The notes under the pieces: generated by a model
What the model saw: the letters and a program-made list of their open reading frames with translations, nothing else
Database searches by the model: none
Told to the model about the DNA's origin: nothing
DNA from: Octopus vulgaris
Lineage: Eukaryota
Reading direction: 5' to 3'
DNA length: 64,000 bases
Assembly (NCBI GenBank): GCA_951406725.2
Contig: OX597819.1
Location: forward strand, 32,178,001 to 32,242,000
Part shown: in pieces, positions 1 to 13,596 of the stretch
Position numbering within the stretch: position 1 is the stretch's first letter
Layout of the letters: every line of letters begins with the position of its first letter
Position numbers and translations under genes: made by a program

Positions 1-144
1 GAGGTGTCTTCAGCTCTGGTGTTGGGTGCATGTCTTCTTTCTTCTTCTTTCTTCTGTTCCCTGGCCTCTTCGATGTATCGTCAGCGAGTGTCAGCCGGTG
101 ACTGACTGACTTGTCAAATTTTTCCCTTTAAATAACTGCCGCTA

Positions 145-555
145 AAAATGGCTAATATTTCCTTCAGAATTTCATTTTGTTACATTTATTCAAACCCCCG
201 AAGAATCTCTCTCAGCACGATGATCCCCCACTACTCTTGCTCGTCATCAGAGATGAACATATTGATAGCCACTAAATGACATGTCCAGGTGGTTAAGATC
301 AAGCAACTGACGCACAAATCTGTGGTACTTAGTAGAATATTTGCTATAACATTTCTACTTCAGCAGCTGAGCGATGAATTTGAAATGTAATGGAAAATAG
401 GTGGAACTCCAAAACATTAATGTCCATGTCACAAAAGCAAAATTAGAAGGGAATAGTAGTCATTTCCTTTGATTTGTAGATAGAAGCAAATAAGAAATAA
501 CACTTACTGACCAGAGGCAAAAAAAAATAATAAATGATTGAATTTTGTTACACAG
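145..555. repeat. Interspersed repeat also at 29386-30016 (there interrupted by SINE B) and partly, reversed, at 23410-23580
   Basis: Shared ggctaatattt.cttca...tttattcaaaccc...gatgc/aacatatt...aagcaactgac...agaatatttgctat...catttcctttgattt. Confidence 0.75.
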
Positions 556-764
556 TGTAGGAGTGGCTGTGTGGTAAGTAGCTTGCTTACGAGCCACATG
601 GTTCCGGGTTCAGTCCCACTGCGTGGCATCTTGAGCATGTGCCTTCTACTATAGCCTCGGGTCGACCAAAGCCTTGTGAGTGGATTTGGTAGACGGAAAC
701 TGAAAGAAGCCCGTCGTATATATGTATATATATATATATATATATACGGGTGTGTGTGTGTGTA

Positions 765-795
<31 letters not shown>

Positions 796-997
796 TTGCG
801 TGTCTGTGTTTGTTCCCCCCAACATCGCTTGACAACCGATGCTGATATGTTTACGTCCCCGTAACTTAGCGGTTCGGTAAAAAAGACCGATAGAATAAGT
901 ACTAGGCTTACAATGAATAAGTCCCCGGGTCGATTTGCTCGACTAAAGGCGGTGCTCCAGCATGGCCGCAGTCAAATGACTGAAACAAGTAAAAGAG
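555..997 (+). mobile_element. SINE family A (tRNA-like head, CORE-like segment, internal (TA)n(TG)n, tail ...gaaacaagtaaaagag)
   Basis: A box TGGCTGTGTGG, B box GGTTCAGTCCC; more than 15 full or partial copies in the window. Confidence 0.9.
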
Positions 998-1129
998 TGT
1001 AATGAGCGCTCTTATTGCAAATTTTTGTGCAATGCTTCCTATTGACGATAATACACATTAACTGCCTCCTTTTAGTTTAACACTTAATGATAGGTGACAC
1101 GCTTCATATCTCATGAAACACAGAGCATA

Positions 1130-1700
1130 ACAATTTTCTGGTGTTGTCCTGGTTTGTGGGTGTGTTCTCCCTTTTCATTAGGTGCAAACCATTGTTATTT
1201 TCGTTGGATATGATTATAGGAAAGCCACTTTTCCTCATTTGTGACGATTCTACCATTGAAAGTTTCTGTAATAAGTCTACTCTTCAACGGCGAGCAGAGA
1301 GCAACTCTTTGATTAAAAAGAGATGCAGTGAAATGATAAGGGGCCAACTGACCAAATTTAAACACCTTTCCTAGTTCATGAAAGTGTCTTATGATCAAAT
1401 TATGACTTGAATTGCACTGTTTTGCTTACTCTCGTAAAATTTGCTTTCGATTTTCTTCAAATACGATTTTCAAAATTTCAATAATGACAGAATTTGATCG
1501 TACGGATCAAGGGCAATCTGCTAGAGAAAATTTCCCGAGCGAAATCGGCCAGCTCATCGTTGGAATGTCCAGACACTTAAAACTTCATTGCCATAGACAG
1601 AATGTACCTCTTCCATTGCTGAAGAGTTCATACAACATGCACTGTCTAATATGGTTAAAACTGGTTTTAAAAGGGTAAAACCAGTACGAGTGTAACCATT
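1130..1700 (-). pseudogene. mariner transposase relic (N-terminal half)
   Basis: FGQLAPYHFT...QRVALCSPLKSR...FNGRIVTNEEKWLSYNHIQRK resembles WVPHxL...FLxRIVTGDEKW; frameshifts and stops. Confidence 0.8.
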
Positions 1701-2039
1701 ATAGGTAAAGTAATCTCCAAAGAAAAAAAAAATAACATTAAAGAGTAAAAAAATTTAATGTCCATTTCACCTAATGTTCATTACCTTCAAAAATGCAACT
1801 TTCTGTCCAGCTTAAGAAATGGCGAAAATCCTTTCATTTAGAGCAATTTTCCGAAAGAATGAAACGTGCAGTGAAATTTCAGGTGAAATAATTGCAGCGT
1901 TGTTTCTGCTTTGATAATAATTTCTTTGTAAAGGTACAGGCTAGAGGGTTTTTTCTATATTTTTTTCGATATTTCGAAATACATTACTGAAACTACTTGA
2001 TCTACGTGTATGATTTATAGAAACATATTCTATGTCGAT

Positions 2040-2447
2040 ACTGGTTGGTTGGCATCCTTTTTTGTCTCGGGGGACAATGGAGTTGCGCATAAAGTAGTCT
2101 AGTCCGGCTTTTACATTTCATGTCCTGATACATTTCCTGCTGTGGCTGTGTAGTCCTATCCTGGACAAACACTCCCTCTGGCAGGTACCGCAAATGTAGC
2201 GAAGACTGTTCCTGGCTGGATGTAATGCCATAGTCTCTTGTTGACGTCTTTTCTTGTCTTTCCATTTCTCCTCTCTCTCTCTCTGTCACTCTTTTGTATT
2301 CCCTCTCTTACGGTACGTCGCCAGTCTCCACGGTTGCCGGCAACTGCCTCCCAACCGCTAATGTTGATGTTGCAGGCCTTCATGTCCCTTTTGCAAACAT
2401 ACTTGTAACGTAAGAGCGGTCTACCCACAGATCTAGTACCCCTAGCA
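2040..2447 (-). pseudogene. RTE-clade LINE 3' fragment
   Basis: RSVGRPLLRYKYVCKRDMKACNINISGWEAVAGNRGDWRRTVREG, then (frameshifted) CGTCQRECLSRIGLHSHSRKC, the typical RTE/BovB C-terminus. Confidence 0.85.
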
Positions 2448-3051
2448 ATCGACATTCTTCAAACCGGCATACACACCCGTGGGATGTATGCCGGTTTGAA
2501 GAGTGTCGATACTAGACCTGCTAAAAATAGTAACGAAATCGTTCTCCAAGCACACATATAGCCTTAAAGAAAATATGCGCTAAATAATGTTGTCGAAGAC
2601 AAAGAGAAAGAAATAGATGGTTAGAACGGGAACGATCTTGATTAGAGCTGACCTGGGGTTAAACAACAATATACAATACGAGTATTTATAAAATCACTTT
2701 GAGATTATAATTAAAAACCATTCTCAGTTGAAAGCTTGACAAAAAAAAAATCACCGAAAAAAATTCCTTTAGGCTGAGTTGTTATTTGAACATAATCCAT
2801 TTCCGATCGAGCTCACCGAGGTTAAAACCGTAAAGATCTTATCGTTTTCTAAGAAGATATAAATCTAGGACTGCATCCCCAAACTGGTCACCCGCTTTTT
2901 TGGATGAGGTGTGTGCGGTTTTGAAATAAACTTGACTGTTTCGTTTTTGTGTCTGCTTTGTAAATACTGAAGTTTCGAAACCTGGAAACAGGAGAGTTTA
3001 AAATACACAATGCAATCTATCAACAATAAAAGAAAATAATGACTATAAATA

Positions 3052-3217
3052 TAGGTGCAGTCGTGGGTGTGTGGTAAGAAGCTTGCTTCACAACCTCATT
3101 GTTCCAGGTTCACTCCCAGTGCATGCCACCTTAGACAAGTGTCTTCCACTACAACCTCGGGCCGACCAATGCTTCGTGAGTGGATTTGGTAGACAGAAAC
3201 TGAAAAATGCCCGTCAT

Positions 3218-3250
<33 letters not shown>
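3052..3250 (+). mobile_element. SINE family A, 5' half
   Basis: Diverged head through the internal microsatellite. Confidence 0.8.
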
Positions 3251-3251
<1 letters not shown>

Positions 3252-3258
3252 AGCTTAG

Positions 3259-3680
3259 CTCTTTACTCTTTTACTTGTTTCAGTCATTTGACTGCGGCCA
3301 TGCTGGAGCACCGCCTTTAATCGAGCAACTCGACCCCGGGACTTATTCGTTTGTAAGCCCAGTACTTATTCTATCGCTTCTTTTGCCGAACCGCTAAGTA
3401 ACGGGGACGTAAACACACCAGCATCGGTTGTCAAGCAATGCTAGGGGGACAAACACAGACACACAATGATACACGAGCACACACACACACATATATATAT
3501 ATATATACATATATACGACGGGTTTCTTTTCAGTTTCCGTCAACCAAATCCACTCACAAGGCTTTGGTCGGCCCGAGGCTATAGCAGAAGACACTTGCCC
3601 AAGGTGCCACGCAGTGGGACTGAACCCGGAACCATGTGGTTGGTAAACAAGCTACTTACCACACAGCCACTCCTGCGCCT
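3259..3680 (-). mobile_element. SINE family A, full length
   Basis: Reverse complement of 555-997. Confidence 0.9.
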
Positions 3681-4911
3681 AGCTGATAACAAATGAAATA
3701 AAATAAAGGCAATGATTTCAAGGAGGTTTACTCCAAGCAATTCCTATGACCACAGTCATGGTGGGTTGGCTAAACAATAATCACGACCTCTCCGTATATC
3801 CTCTCACTATTTCTCTTTTGATGACTTTGCAATGACTTCGTAAACCAGTGCATAATGGCGCACTAGCCCTCCACGAATAACCTCCCTTCCCTATACTGCT
3901 GCATGCTCACTGTGTGTTGCTGTGTGTTTTGTTGTTGTTGTTCTTATTCCATATACTGGCCTCTCGTCTCTTATAATTAACTGCTTTGCTCTGTCGTTCT
4001 AGAGATTTCATAATTTCGTTCTTTCTTCCTTCCTTTCTTTTCTTTTTATTCTTGTTTTATAATCTTAAATCTGCCATTTTCTGCCATCTTGTTTGAATAT
4101 TTTATTTTTTCGCGCAGATTCAAATAAAGATTAATACAATCTCCGCTGGATGTTACTGTCGTATAGTCCCTTTCACTCACTAGCATCTTGTCATTTCCCT
4201 TCTTTCCACTGAAATTACATTACTAATAAATAAATAAATTACTAATAAATAAATAAATAAATAAAAATAAATAAAAAACATCAATTCAAAAACAACCGCC
4301 TCTCCCCTCCCCTCCCCACAGACTCTATTCGAGCAATATCAAATACAGAAAAGATACCAAAAAAATTACGACAGAATGTCACCTATTTGTACATGTTGAA
4401 GACGAATATCTTTATCGCAGACCGCTGAAGATTTTACACTGAGATTGATTATTAAAATATTCTTGATATTGAAAACTAAACTAAACTAAATTTATTGCTT
4501 CAACTTTGGAGCGTTTTAATTAAATCTTGTATTTAATGGGACATTGATTTAGAAGAACTAAATTCTGGGCGGAGGAACTAATGTTCTGATTCTTCTACCT
4601 GAGGGAGGAAAAACAAAACACCGAATCATATATTTATATATTTAGTTATTTATTTATACATTCATTCATTCATTCATTCATTCATTCATTCATTCATTCC
4701 CGGTTAGAATTAAAAAAAAAAAAAACACGCATGTAACATAGGAACTGTTCCGTGTTGAAAGCAAAAGCAAAACAAAAAAGACAGCAGGTGATAAATAGAA
4801 ACAGTGGACTTCCGGGGAAAAAAATTCCTGACAATTCTGTTAATGTGAGAAACTCTACCCGGTCGTTAAACCCACGACCTTTCGAGGTTGGTGGAAATAA
4901 TAAATAAATAT

Positions 4912-5324
4912 ACTTCTTTACTGCGCACAAGGGGCTAAACATTGAGGGGACAAACAAGGACAGACAAACGGATTAAGTCGATTACATCGACCCCAGTGCG
5001 TAACTGGTACTTTATTTATCGACCCCGAAAGGATGAAAGGCAAAGTCGACCTCGGCGGAATTTGGACTTCGAACGTAACGACAGACGAAATACCTATTTC
5101 TTTACTACTCACAAGGGGCTAAACACAGAGAGGACAAACAAGGACAGACAAACGGATTTAGTCGATTATATCGACCCCAGTGCATAACTGGTACTTAATT
5201 TATCGACTCTGTAAGGAAGAAAGGTAAAGTCGACCTCGGCGGAATTTGAACTCACAACGTAACGACAGACGAAATATGGCTACGCATTTCACCCGGCAAA
5301 CTAATGTTTCTGCCAGCTCGCCGC
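4912..5324 (-). mobile_element. SINE family B dimer
   Basis: Head plus two ~185-bp units. Confidence 0.88.
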
Positions 5325-5616
5325 AAGGTTACCTTGAAGTATCTGTACAGGTTCTGTGCATTCTGAGTTCAAATTCTGGTATGTCACTTCAATTACAAAT
5401 TGCGTCAAACCGAAAGTTCAGAAATTGGAAAAATCCAATAGAAATGTAGTTACCTTGGTTCGATCGGATCCAATGAAACCCTATTTACCACATAACCATT
5501 TCATCGACTGTGGCCTGATGCGTGTTGCAACCAATTTCAGGTTTTTAAAAAAGGGAAACTGTAAATTAGCCGGCGTTCATATAATAGTAAATAGTAAATA
5601 ATATATAGTATATATA

Positions 5617-5900
5617 TCAATATATATAAAACTGAGAATGTGCGTCTGTCTTTATGTATGTGCGTGTGCATCACTAAAACTCGAGAACTATCCAACCGAT
5701 ATCATTTAAATTTTTATACATGCCTTAAATAGAACCCCTGCAGTGTTATGAGCCAAAACGTCCTGATTAATGCGAGCCCGCAGCAATCTTCTATTTCTTA
5801 GAGTATTTCAGTATTACGTGTCAAAAGTGAAACAATAACATCTCTAGTGTAATGTGAGATACTTTCAGTATTAATAATTTCAATGTCAATACTGAAACTA
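5617..5900 (+). mobile_element. Helitron-like 5' fragment
   Basis: A|TCaatatatataaaactgagaatgtgcgtctgtc..., similar to the starts of the other Helitrons. Confidence 0.5.
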
Positions 5901-5909
5901 TTGTCTAAC

Positions 5910-6369
5910 TTATATATATATATATATATACATGTATATGCATATATGCATATGTATAGATTTATATATATATATATCTATATGTATATTGTATGTATAT
6001 ATATGTATATATGCATGTATGCATATATATGTATATATATATATATGTATACAAATATACGTATGTATATGTATATATGTGTATATATATACGTATATAT
6101 TCATATATGTATATGTATATATACATATATGTATATGTATATATATATACGTATATATATATATGTATATACACACATATATATGCATATATACATATAT
6201 ATATGTGCATATATACATATATATATATGTATATATCCATATAAATATATGTATATAAGCATATATGTATATATATGTATTTATACATATACATATGTGT
6301 GTATATATATATGTATATATACATATATGTACGTATTCATACATATATATACATATATATACATGAATA

Positions 6370-6426
<57 letters not shown>

Positions 6427-6797
6427 ATATATATGTGTACATATGCATGTATATATATATACATGTGTATATTTATATACAAGTATATATATATACATGT
6501 GTATGTATACATGTACAAACATATGTATATGTATGTATGTAGATGTATATTTATATACGCATGTATATATATAAATACTTGTGTATATTTATACATGTAT
6601 ATATATATATGTATACATACGTATTTGTATATATATATGTATGTGTGTGTATATGCATGTATACATGCATATATATATGTGTATATATATCTATATATAT
6701 ATAGATTTATATATATGTATATACATATTTGTATGTGTATATGTATCTATCTATATATATATATATGTGTATGAATGTATATATATACTTATGTATT

Positions 6798-6851
<54 letters not shown>

Positions 6852-6890
6852 TGTGTGTGTGTGTGTGTCTGTGTGTGTATGTGTGTGTCT
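5910..6890. repeat. Long compound (TA)/(TATG)/(TG) microsatellite; similar tracts at 8208-8840, 14728-15455, 16359-16830, 26400-27110, 40503-40712, 50817-51040 and 54040-54530
   Basis: Direct inspection. Confidence 0.95.
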
Positions 6891-7085
6891 GTATTTGTAC
6901 CCCCATCATCGCTTGACAACCAATGCTGCTGTGTTTCCCGTAACTTAGCCGTTTGGCAAAACACTCCAATAGAACAGGCACTAAGCTTACAAAGAATAAA
7001 TCCTCGGTCCGATTTCTTCGACTAAAGGTGGTACTTCAGCACTGCCTTAGTCACATGACCGAAAGAAGCAAAACAATAAAAAACT
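6870..7085 (+). mobile_element. SINE family A, 3' half, following a ~950-bp microsatellite
   Basis: catcgcttgacaacc...gactaaaggtggt... Confidence 0.75.
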
Positions 7086-7150
7086 ATGCCATTTTAATCC
7101 TGAATAACGCCGGGTATCTCTGTTAGTACATATATATATATATATATATA

Positions 7151-7625
7151 TGGTGGCAGATGGGTCTAAAATTATCGGTTGCCAGGGGTCTAAGGAGACC
7201 CACCCGCAACTACGTGACCATCGTCCATCTTTCTTTCCTCGCGGACCATCTTTCTTTTCCTGCACGGACGTTTCTTTTCTCTCTCTTTTATCTTTCTTCC
7301 AGCGTCACTATTTTCCTCTCGTCTTCGTCTAACGACCCTCCATGTTTATTTTCTTTCGGTTTTCTTATATGTCTCCACTGTCATGTTTTTGTTCTCAACT
7401 TTGACCCTCCATAAATCCTAAATTTTATTTTAGAATTTATGGGAGCAACTGTCTTTTTAGACTCATATTGTCGTTGAATGCTCGAAATGCGGAGTAGATA
7501 GACAGCCAACAACTGATGAAGAATCCTTCGTCTGTGTTTACTTGTCCAATTTTCCTTTTTTATCTCGTTGTTTACGTATTTGATGTTACTTGAATCCTTG
7601 GTGACGTCCTGTAGCCATATATCCA
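7151..7625 (+). mobile_element. (TA)n-flanked element, probable degenerate PLE terminal repeat
   Basis: Flanked by (TA)n; pyrimidine-rich like the other PLE ends; partial ribozyme-like ctcGAAAtgcggagTA...gacag with an upstream ctgtc. Confidence 0.4.
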
Positions 7626-7658
7626 TGTATATATATATATATATTATTTACTATTTAT

Positions 7659-7690
<32 letters not shown>

Positions 7691-7694
<4 letters not shown>

Positions 7695-7815
7695 AATTGA
7701 GATAGGGTTGTAAATGCAACCCTCTATGGGATAACGTATATCCAATATACTGCTAGTGAAGTACCCAACAAAGTTAATACATAAATGTTAATGATTGCGA
7801 TGCAATCAATTCATT

Positions 7816-7820
<5 letters not shown>
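7691..7820. repeat. Short (TA)n-embedded repeat; second copy at ~44371-44530
   Basis: Both start tacaaattgagatagggttgtaaatgcaaccctc.atgggataac.tatatccaatatact directly after TA runs. Confidence 0.7.
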
Positions 7821-7853
<33 letters not shown>

Positions 7854-8145
7854 TACATCCATATACACTCAGGAGTGTGTAAACGGTAACACGATCTGCT
7901 AGAAATAGGAGTCAAATGTCTCTCAATTCACATCCTTGAAAACGAAAGAACGTTTAAGATGTGGTTCCGTGTACATTGCTTGTACATCCCCGAACACGAG
8001 ATGGTTACAGTTTAAACGCCTTTGATCATATGTCAGCTCAATTAGGGCCAACCTTTGGTTAAACAGCACCAACATCATCAACATCAACATCAACAACAAC
8101 AACAACAACAACAACGACAATAACAACAACAGCAACAACAACAAT

Positions 8146-8180
<35 letters not shown>

Positions 8181-8512
8181 CAACGACGCATCATTCTCTT
8201 TCACTTCGTATGTGTGTATGTATTGTTTATATGTTTGTGTGTGTGTATCTGAGTGTGTATACATGTGCGTATGTATTGTTGGACCTACGTATACGTATGC
8301 ATGTATGTATTTATGTACATACGAATGTATATACCTCTGTGTGTATGTATGTGTGTGTATGTTTATATGCATGTATATATGTGTATATATATGTGTTTGT
8401 ATGTATGCATGTGTATATGTATGCGTGTATGTGTGTATGTGCGTGTATGTGTATGTATGTATGTGTGTGCATACGTATGCCTGTATGTGTGCATGTATGT
8501 GTGTGTATATGT

Positions 8513-8546
<34 letters not shown>

Positions 8547-9517
8547 ATGTATGTATGTATGTATGTATATGTATGCGTATATGTGTGTATGTATGTATAT
8601 ATGTGTATATGTATGCGTGTATGTGTGTATGTATGCATGCATGAGTGTGTATATGTATGCGTGCATGTTTGTACGTATGTATGCGTGTAAGTAGTTATGT
8701 ATGTATGCATGTGTATATGTATTTCGTGTATGTGTGCATGTATGTGCGTGTATATGTATTTTGTATGTGTGTATGTATGTGCATATATGTATGCGTGTGT
8801 GTATGTATGTGTATACGAGTGTTTGTGTGTGTGTGTAATAGTGTGTAATGTTATACGTAATGTACTGTTGATCCAAAGGTTGCTCTACTAACCTAATACT
8901 CTGAAGAGTAATGCCCTATCTCCCACTCGCTCTCCCTCTCACTCACTCACTCACTCACTCACTCACTCACTCACTCACTCAGTCACTCCCTTTTCTCTCT
9001 CCCCCCCCTCTCTAAATATCTCCAGTACCACCAGCACCAACACATCAAACTAGGAAGTCGGTGTTGTATTACATTGCTGGAGGTAGACACTGACATTTCA
9101 TATAAGTATTGAAGTTAAAAACTATTTATGACCAACATTTTATTCACCAGAAATTTTTCACTGCCTGCCTACTTCGATGGCGCCTTTTCAAAGCCCTTCT
9201 CCACTTAATTATCTTCTGTGTCTAAAACATCCATCTTTCTTCTCTTCCTCGATGACCTTCAAAAGAAACCACCAACACATTTCACTCATGTATACCGAAC
9301 CAACACTAAAACTTCTACACAGTTTAGTTGTTCCATTTGCTAAAAACGACAGTTAAATAGAATGGTTGTATACTGTCAATCTAACAAGAACGTGACAGTA
9401 GGGGGTACACCACCGTTGTATAGCTCTAGGAGGCATCGAACGCCTCCTGACAGCTTCGACACATTTTTCCCTACATATACGAAGGGGAGACAAACACCCC
9501 CAACCGCCGGAACCGCA

Positions 9518-9563
9518 TCTAGGGACACCGTGTTTCAGGATCATTGTCCTTCATCGGCCTAGA
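9518..9563 (-). ncRNA. Minimal type-I hammerhead ribozyme (U4C core) in a probable PLE terminal-repeat relic (~9350-9700)
   Basis: Minus strand TCTAGG-CCGATGA-AGGA-caatga-TCCT-GAAA-CACGGTG-TC-CCTAGA: perfect 6-bp stem I, 4-bp stem II, near-palindromic stem III ACACGGUGU, GUC site. Confidence 0.82.
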
Positions 9564-9771
9564 GTAGCAGACACCGGTCGGCTGGTGATGTTTGTCTGGA
9601 CTTCGTATCTGTATATATGTAAACTCAGTGAAGTCTATTCACTGATTATCAAAATAAGAAATATTGAATTTCCAAATCTCTCGTAGAGTGCACTATATAA
9701 TTCACATCATACCAGGGCCAGATTAAGACCCATAAAGGCCCTAAGTGGTTAAAAGATTTGGGCTTCCCCAT

Positions 9772-10127
9772 ATACTCTTTACTCTTTTACTTGTTTCAGT
9801 CATTTGACTGCGGCCATGCTGGAGCACTGCCTTTAGTCGAGCAAATCGACCCCGGGACTTATTCTTTGTAAGCCCAGTACTTATTCTATCGGTCTCTTTT
9901 GCCGAACCGCCAAGTGACGGGGACGCAAACACACTAGCATCGGTTGTCAAGCAATGCTAGGGGGACAAACACAGACACACAAACATATACACACACTTAT
10001 ATATATATATATATACATATATACGACAGGCTTCTTTCAGTTTCCGTCTACCAAATCCACTCACAAGGCATTGGTCGGCCCGGGGCTATAGCAGAAGACA
10101 CTTGCCCAAGATGCCACGCAGTGGGAC
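9772..10127 (-). mobile_element. SINE family A, 5'-truncated
   Basis: Matches the family consensus. Confidence 0.9.
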
Positions 10128-10437
10128 ATATATGTAATTCAAAATATAAACAATAATAAACAATAAATTTTTTTCTCGATCATATAAACCACTTGAAGGT
10201 TATTTTAACAAGTTTAAAATGATTTCTTTTGTGCCTTAAACCATTTACAATAGCTGTGGTGCTTCTATTTTGTTGATACTCCCAGTACGTGCTTATTTGG
10301 CTTAATGGTTAATCAAGCGCTACATCCTACAATCTTAACATCTGAAAGAGGGATAACACAATTATGGACATCTCTAAAAACACAGCGTTGTCCTGATTCG
10401 GAGGTCCTTGATTGTTGAGCTGTTCCAGTTAAGATCT

Positions 10438-10818
10438 TGGAAGCACCCCGTCGGTTACGACGACGAGGGTCCCGGTTGATCCGATCAACGGAACAGCCTG
10501 CTCATGAAATTAACGTGTAAGTGGCTGAGCACTCCACAGACACGTGTACCCTTAACGTAGTTCTCGGGGATATTCAGCGTAACACAGAGAGTGACAAGGC
10601 CGGCCCTTTGAAATACAGGTACAACAGAAACAGGACGTAAGAGTGAGAGAAAGTTTTGGTGAAAGAGTACAGCAGGGTTCACCACCATCCCTGCCGGAGC
10701 GTCGTGGAGCTTTAGGTGTTTTCGCTCAATAAACACTCACAACGCCCGGTCTGGGAATCGAAACCGCGATCCTACGACCGCGAGTCCGCTGCCCTAACCA
10801 CTGGGCCATTGCGCCTCC
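10438..10818 (-). mobile_element. SINE family C, tail type i
   Basis: tRNA-like head ggaggcgcaatggcccagtggttagggcagcggactcgcggtcg...gtttcgattccc; TSD agttaagatct. Confidence 0.9.
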
Positions 10819-11104
10819 AGTTAAGATCTAGGCTGAATGACAATAACAACAGCAACAACGCAATAACACCAACGATATCAACAACGACAACGACGATGAC
10901 ATCTAAATTGTAATGTTGGTTTCAAAGTTTGGCATAAGGTGAGCACTTACGGAGGAGGAGGTAAGTCAATTACATCAACCCCAGTACGCAACTGGTAGTT
11001 ATTCTATCGACTCCGAAAGTATGAAAGGCGAAGTCGATCTTTAACTGATGGTAAGTCTGCTACGTATTAGATGGCTTTTTAATTCTAACAGACACAGGTA
11101 GTGT

Positions 11105-11410
11105 TTTTGTTTGTTTCTTCTCGAGCCACGCCTGGCTCATAAGGGCCGGTTTCCCGGTTTCCTTGGCGTATAGGTTCCCCACCTGGACGGGACGCCGGTC
11201 CGTCGCAGGTGAGCTGCAAGATGGAGGAGGAAAGAGTGAGAGAAAGCTGTGGCGAAAAAGTCAGCAGAAGTTCACCATTACCTTCTGCCGGAGCCGCGTG
11301 GAGCTTAGGTATTTCGCTCATAAACACACACATCACCCGGTCTGAGATTTGAACCCGCAATCCCTTGACCGCGAGTGCGCTGCTCTAACCACTAGGCCAT
11401 GTGTCTCCAC
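11105..11410 (-). mobile_element. SINE family C, tail type iii
   Basis: TSD acacaggtagtgt at 11092-11104 and 11411-11423. Confidence 0.92.
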
Positions 11411-12168
11411 ACACAGGTAGTGTGTGTGTCGTTAACCAGCTGGAAAAGATGTTTTCCTGGGGTTAAGTAGAAACATTTGTCTTGCGTGGAACAGCCACGT
11501 AAAAGTGACAACAAATATTACTGCATTTTTTAATTACTCTCCCTAGCACGACTCTGTCGATAGAAATCTCAGATAATTTTAATGTCTAAGTTGAACGATA
11601 AATTAATTTAGTTTTTCCCATTGCATATATTTTTGATTTTCTATCTTCGTTTGAAAAATGCCTGTTGTAGGCCACACCTTTTAATTTCTCTATAAATTCG
11701 AATGTAGAATTTATACTAGTACAACAAAGGCTGGCTGTGTCCAGGTCGATTGTTGCTTACTTTATCTGTTTAATATCTAAAATGATGGTAGGTCGTGTAC
11801 AATGATGTAGTCCTTTTTACGACTACATTACGTAAAATTCTATTGAAATAGTTTTCGTACATTTTAAACGCCATTCGCTTTTGCTATTTTACACCTACGC
11901 CTCACACAGGATTGCACTGGTAAAACAGATCGAGGATTACAAATTGGATTTGATACTTGCCAGCACTTGAAGTCTACAAGGATGTTCTATTTCACTGAGA
12001 TCTGTGTGTTTCTACCCAGCCATTTTCTGGCGTCGTCTACGTCGATGTGCCTTGATTCTTAAGGAATTTTTATAACTAAATTACATTCATACATACACAT
12101 ATCTGTCTGTCTATCTATCCATCCATCCATCCATCCATCCATCCATCCATCCATCCATCCATCCATCC

Positions 12169-12229
<61 letters not shown>

Positions 12230-12534
12230 CAATGGATTTATTTCATTTTCCGCTTACCAAAATCCATTCTCAAGGCTTTGATCAGCCCAAGGAACTGTGC
12301 AGTGAGATTGAACCCATGATTACATGATTGCGCAACAACCTTCTTACACACACAGCCACACTTACCTAACTTGTATATACATATCGTCACCGATTCCGCA
12401 AATAATTCGATCTCTGATGAGATGATACAGCGGAATTTCCAAATCCTATGAGAAATAGTAGCAAAAAACCTTCCTCAATAAGTCCTTACGTACTTAAAAG
12501 ATGATATAATAGCAGTATATTTTTTTAATTGCTT

Positions 12535-12589
<55 letters not shown>

Positions 12590-12955
12590 CATGCTTGTGT
12601 GCGTGCGTGTGCGTATGTATGGGGGAGGGGGCGTGTACGCGTACGTGAATACACACACATAAACTCATATGCGTATAATATGTATGTTCATAATAAAATA
12701 CAGAAAGCAGATATAGTAATCAATGCTTTGCAGAACATACGCGTGTTGAAGTAAATTACCTTTATAAATTACATAACTCGTAGAAACATATTATAATCAT
12801 ACAAAAAACCTCATCAGTGTTCCTCAATGAATACAACAGGTACTGAAGGCTCAATATATGTATATACTTCTTCCCGTTATGCTAATTTCCATTAACTTCG
12901 CATGTCGATATGTGTGTGTGTGTGTGTATGTGTGTGTGTGTTATATATATATATA

Positions 12956-13000
<45 letters not shown>

Positions 13001-13003
<3 letters not shown>

Positions 13004-13244
13004 AGGCGCAGTGGTTAGGGCAGCGGGCTCGCGGTCGCAGGATTGCGGTTTCGATTCCCAGTACGGGCGTTGTGATCCGACAGGGGGTGGTGATCCCTCC
13101 TGTACTCTTTCACCACTATTTCTCTCACTCTTTCTTCTGTTGGCCTGCTCACTTAGCCAGCGGGATGGCGTCATTCGAAGGCTAAAACAATGGGAAGCGC
13201 ATTGTGACCAGCGATGTGTAGCAACATCTGATGGTCCGATCGGT

Positions 13245-13251
<7 letters not shown>
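13001..13251 (+). mobile_element. SINE family C, tail type ii (internally deleted)
   Basis: Head plus tail ...gcattgtgaccagcgatgtgtagcaacatctgatggtc...cacgtga. Confidence 0.85.
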
Positions 13252-13296
<45 letters not shown>

Positions 13297-13596
13297 GGAG
13301 AGAGAGAGAGAGAGAGAAGAGTTAGGGAATGGAGTAGATAAGATCCGGGCTACATGTGCTTCATAGCGAGCGGAACATCGAAGTGGTAAATATCCAAGCG
13401 AGGTGTATACCGCAAGCTACTCTTCAGGCCAGAGATATCATGATTAGATTAAAGGCTACATTGTTGCAAGTAATCTTCCATGTGTTAACATGTACCTCCT
13501 TGTGACAATGTAAACTTTCATTTATCAAGATATCCTTGGTATGAAGAATAGTTTGCGGCATACACCCCACTTGGATACTTCCCAGTTCCAAGATTG

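Noticed and set aside
5883-8891. Long Y/I/C/V/H/T-rich ORFs (also at 14.5-19 kb, 26 kb, 40 kb, 42 kb and 54 kb)
   Set aside because: Translations of dinucleotide and tetranucleotide microsatellites, open in several frames and on both strands.
10740-10818. tRNA genes at SINE heads
   Set aside because: The A/B boxes run on into SINE bodies with TSDs, and there is no proper acceptor stem or terminator.
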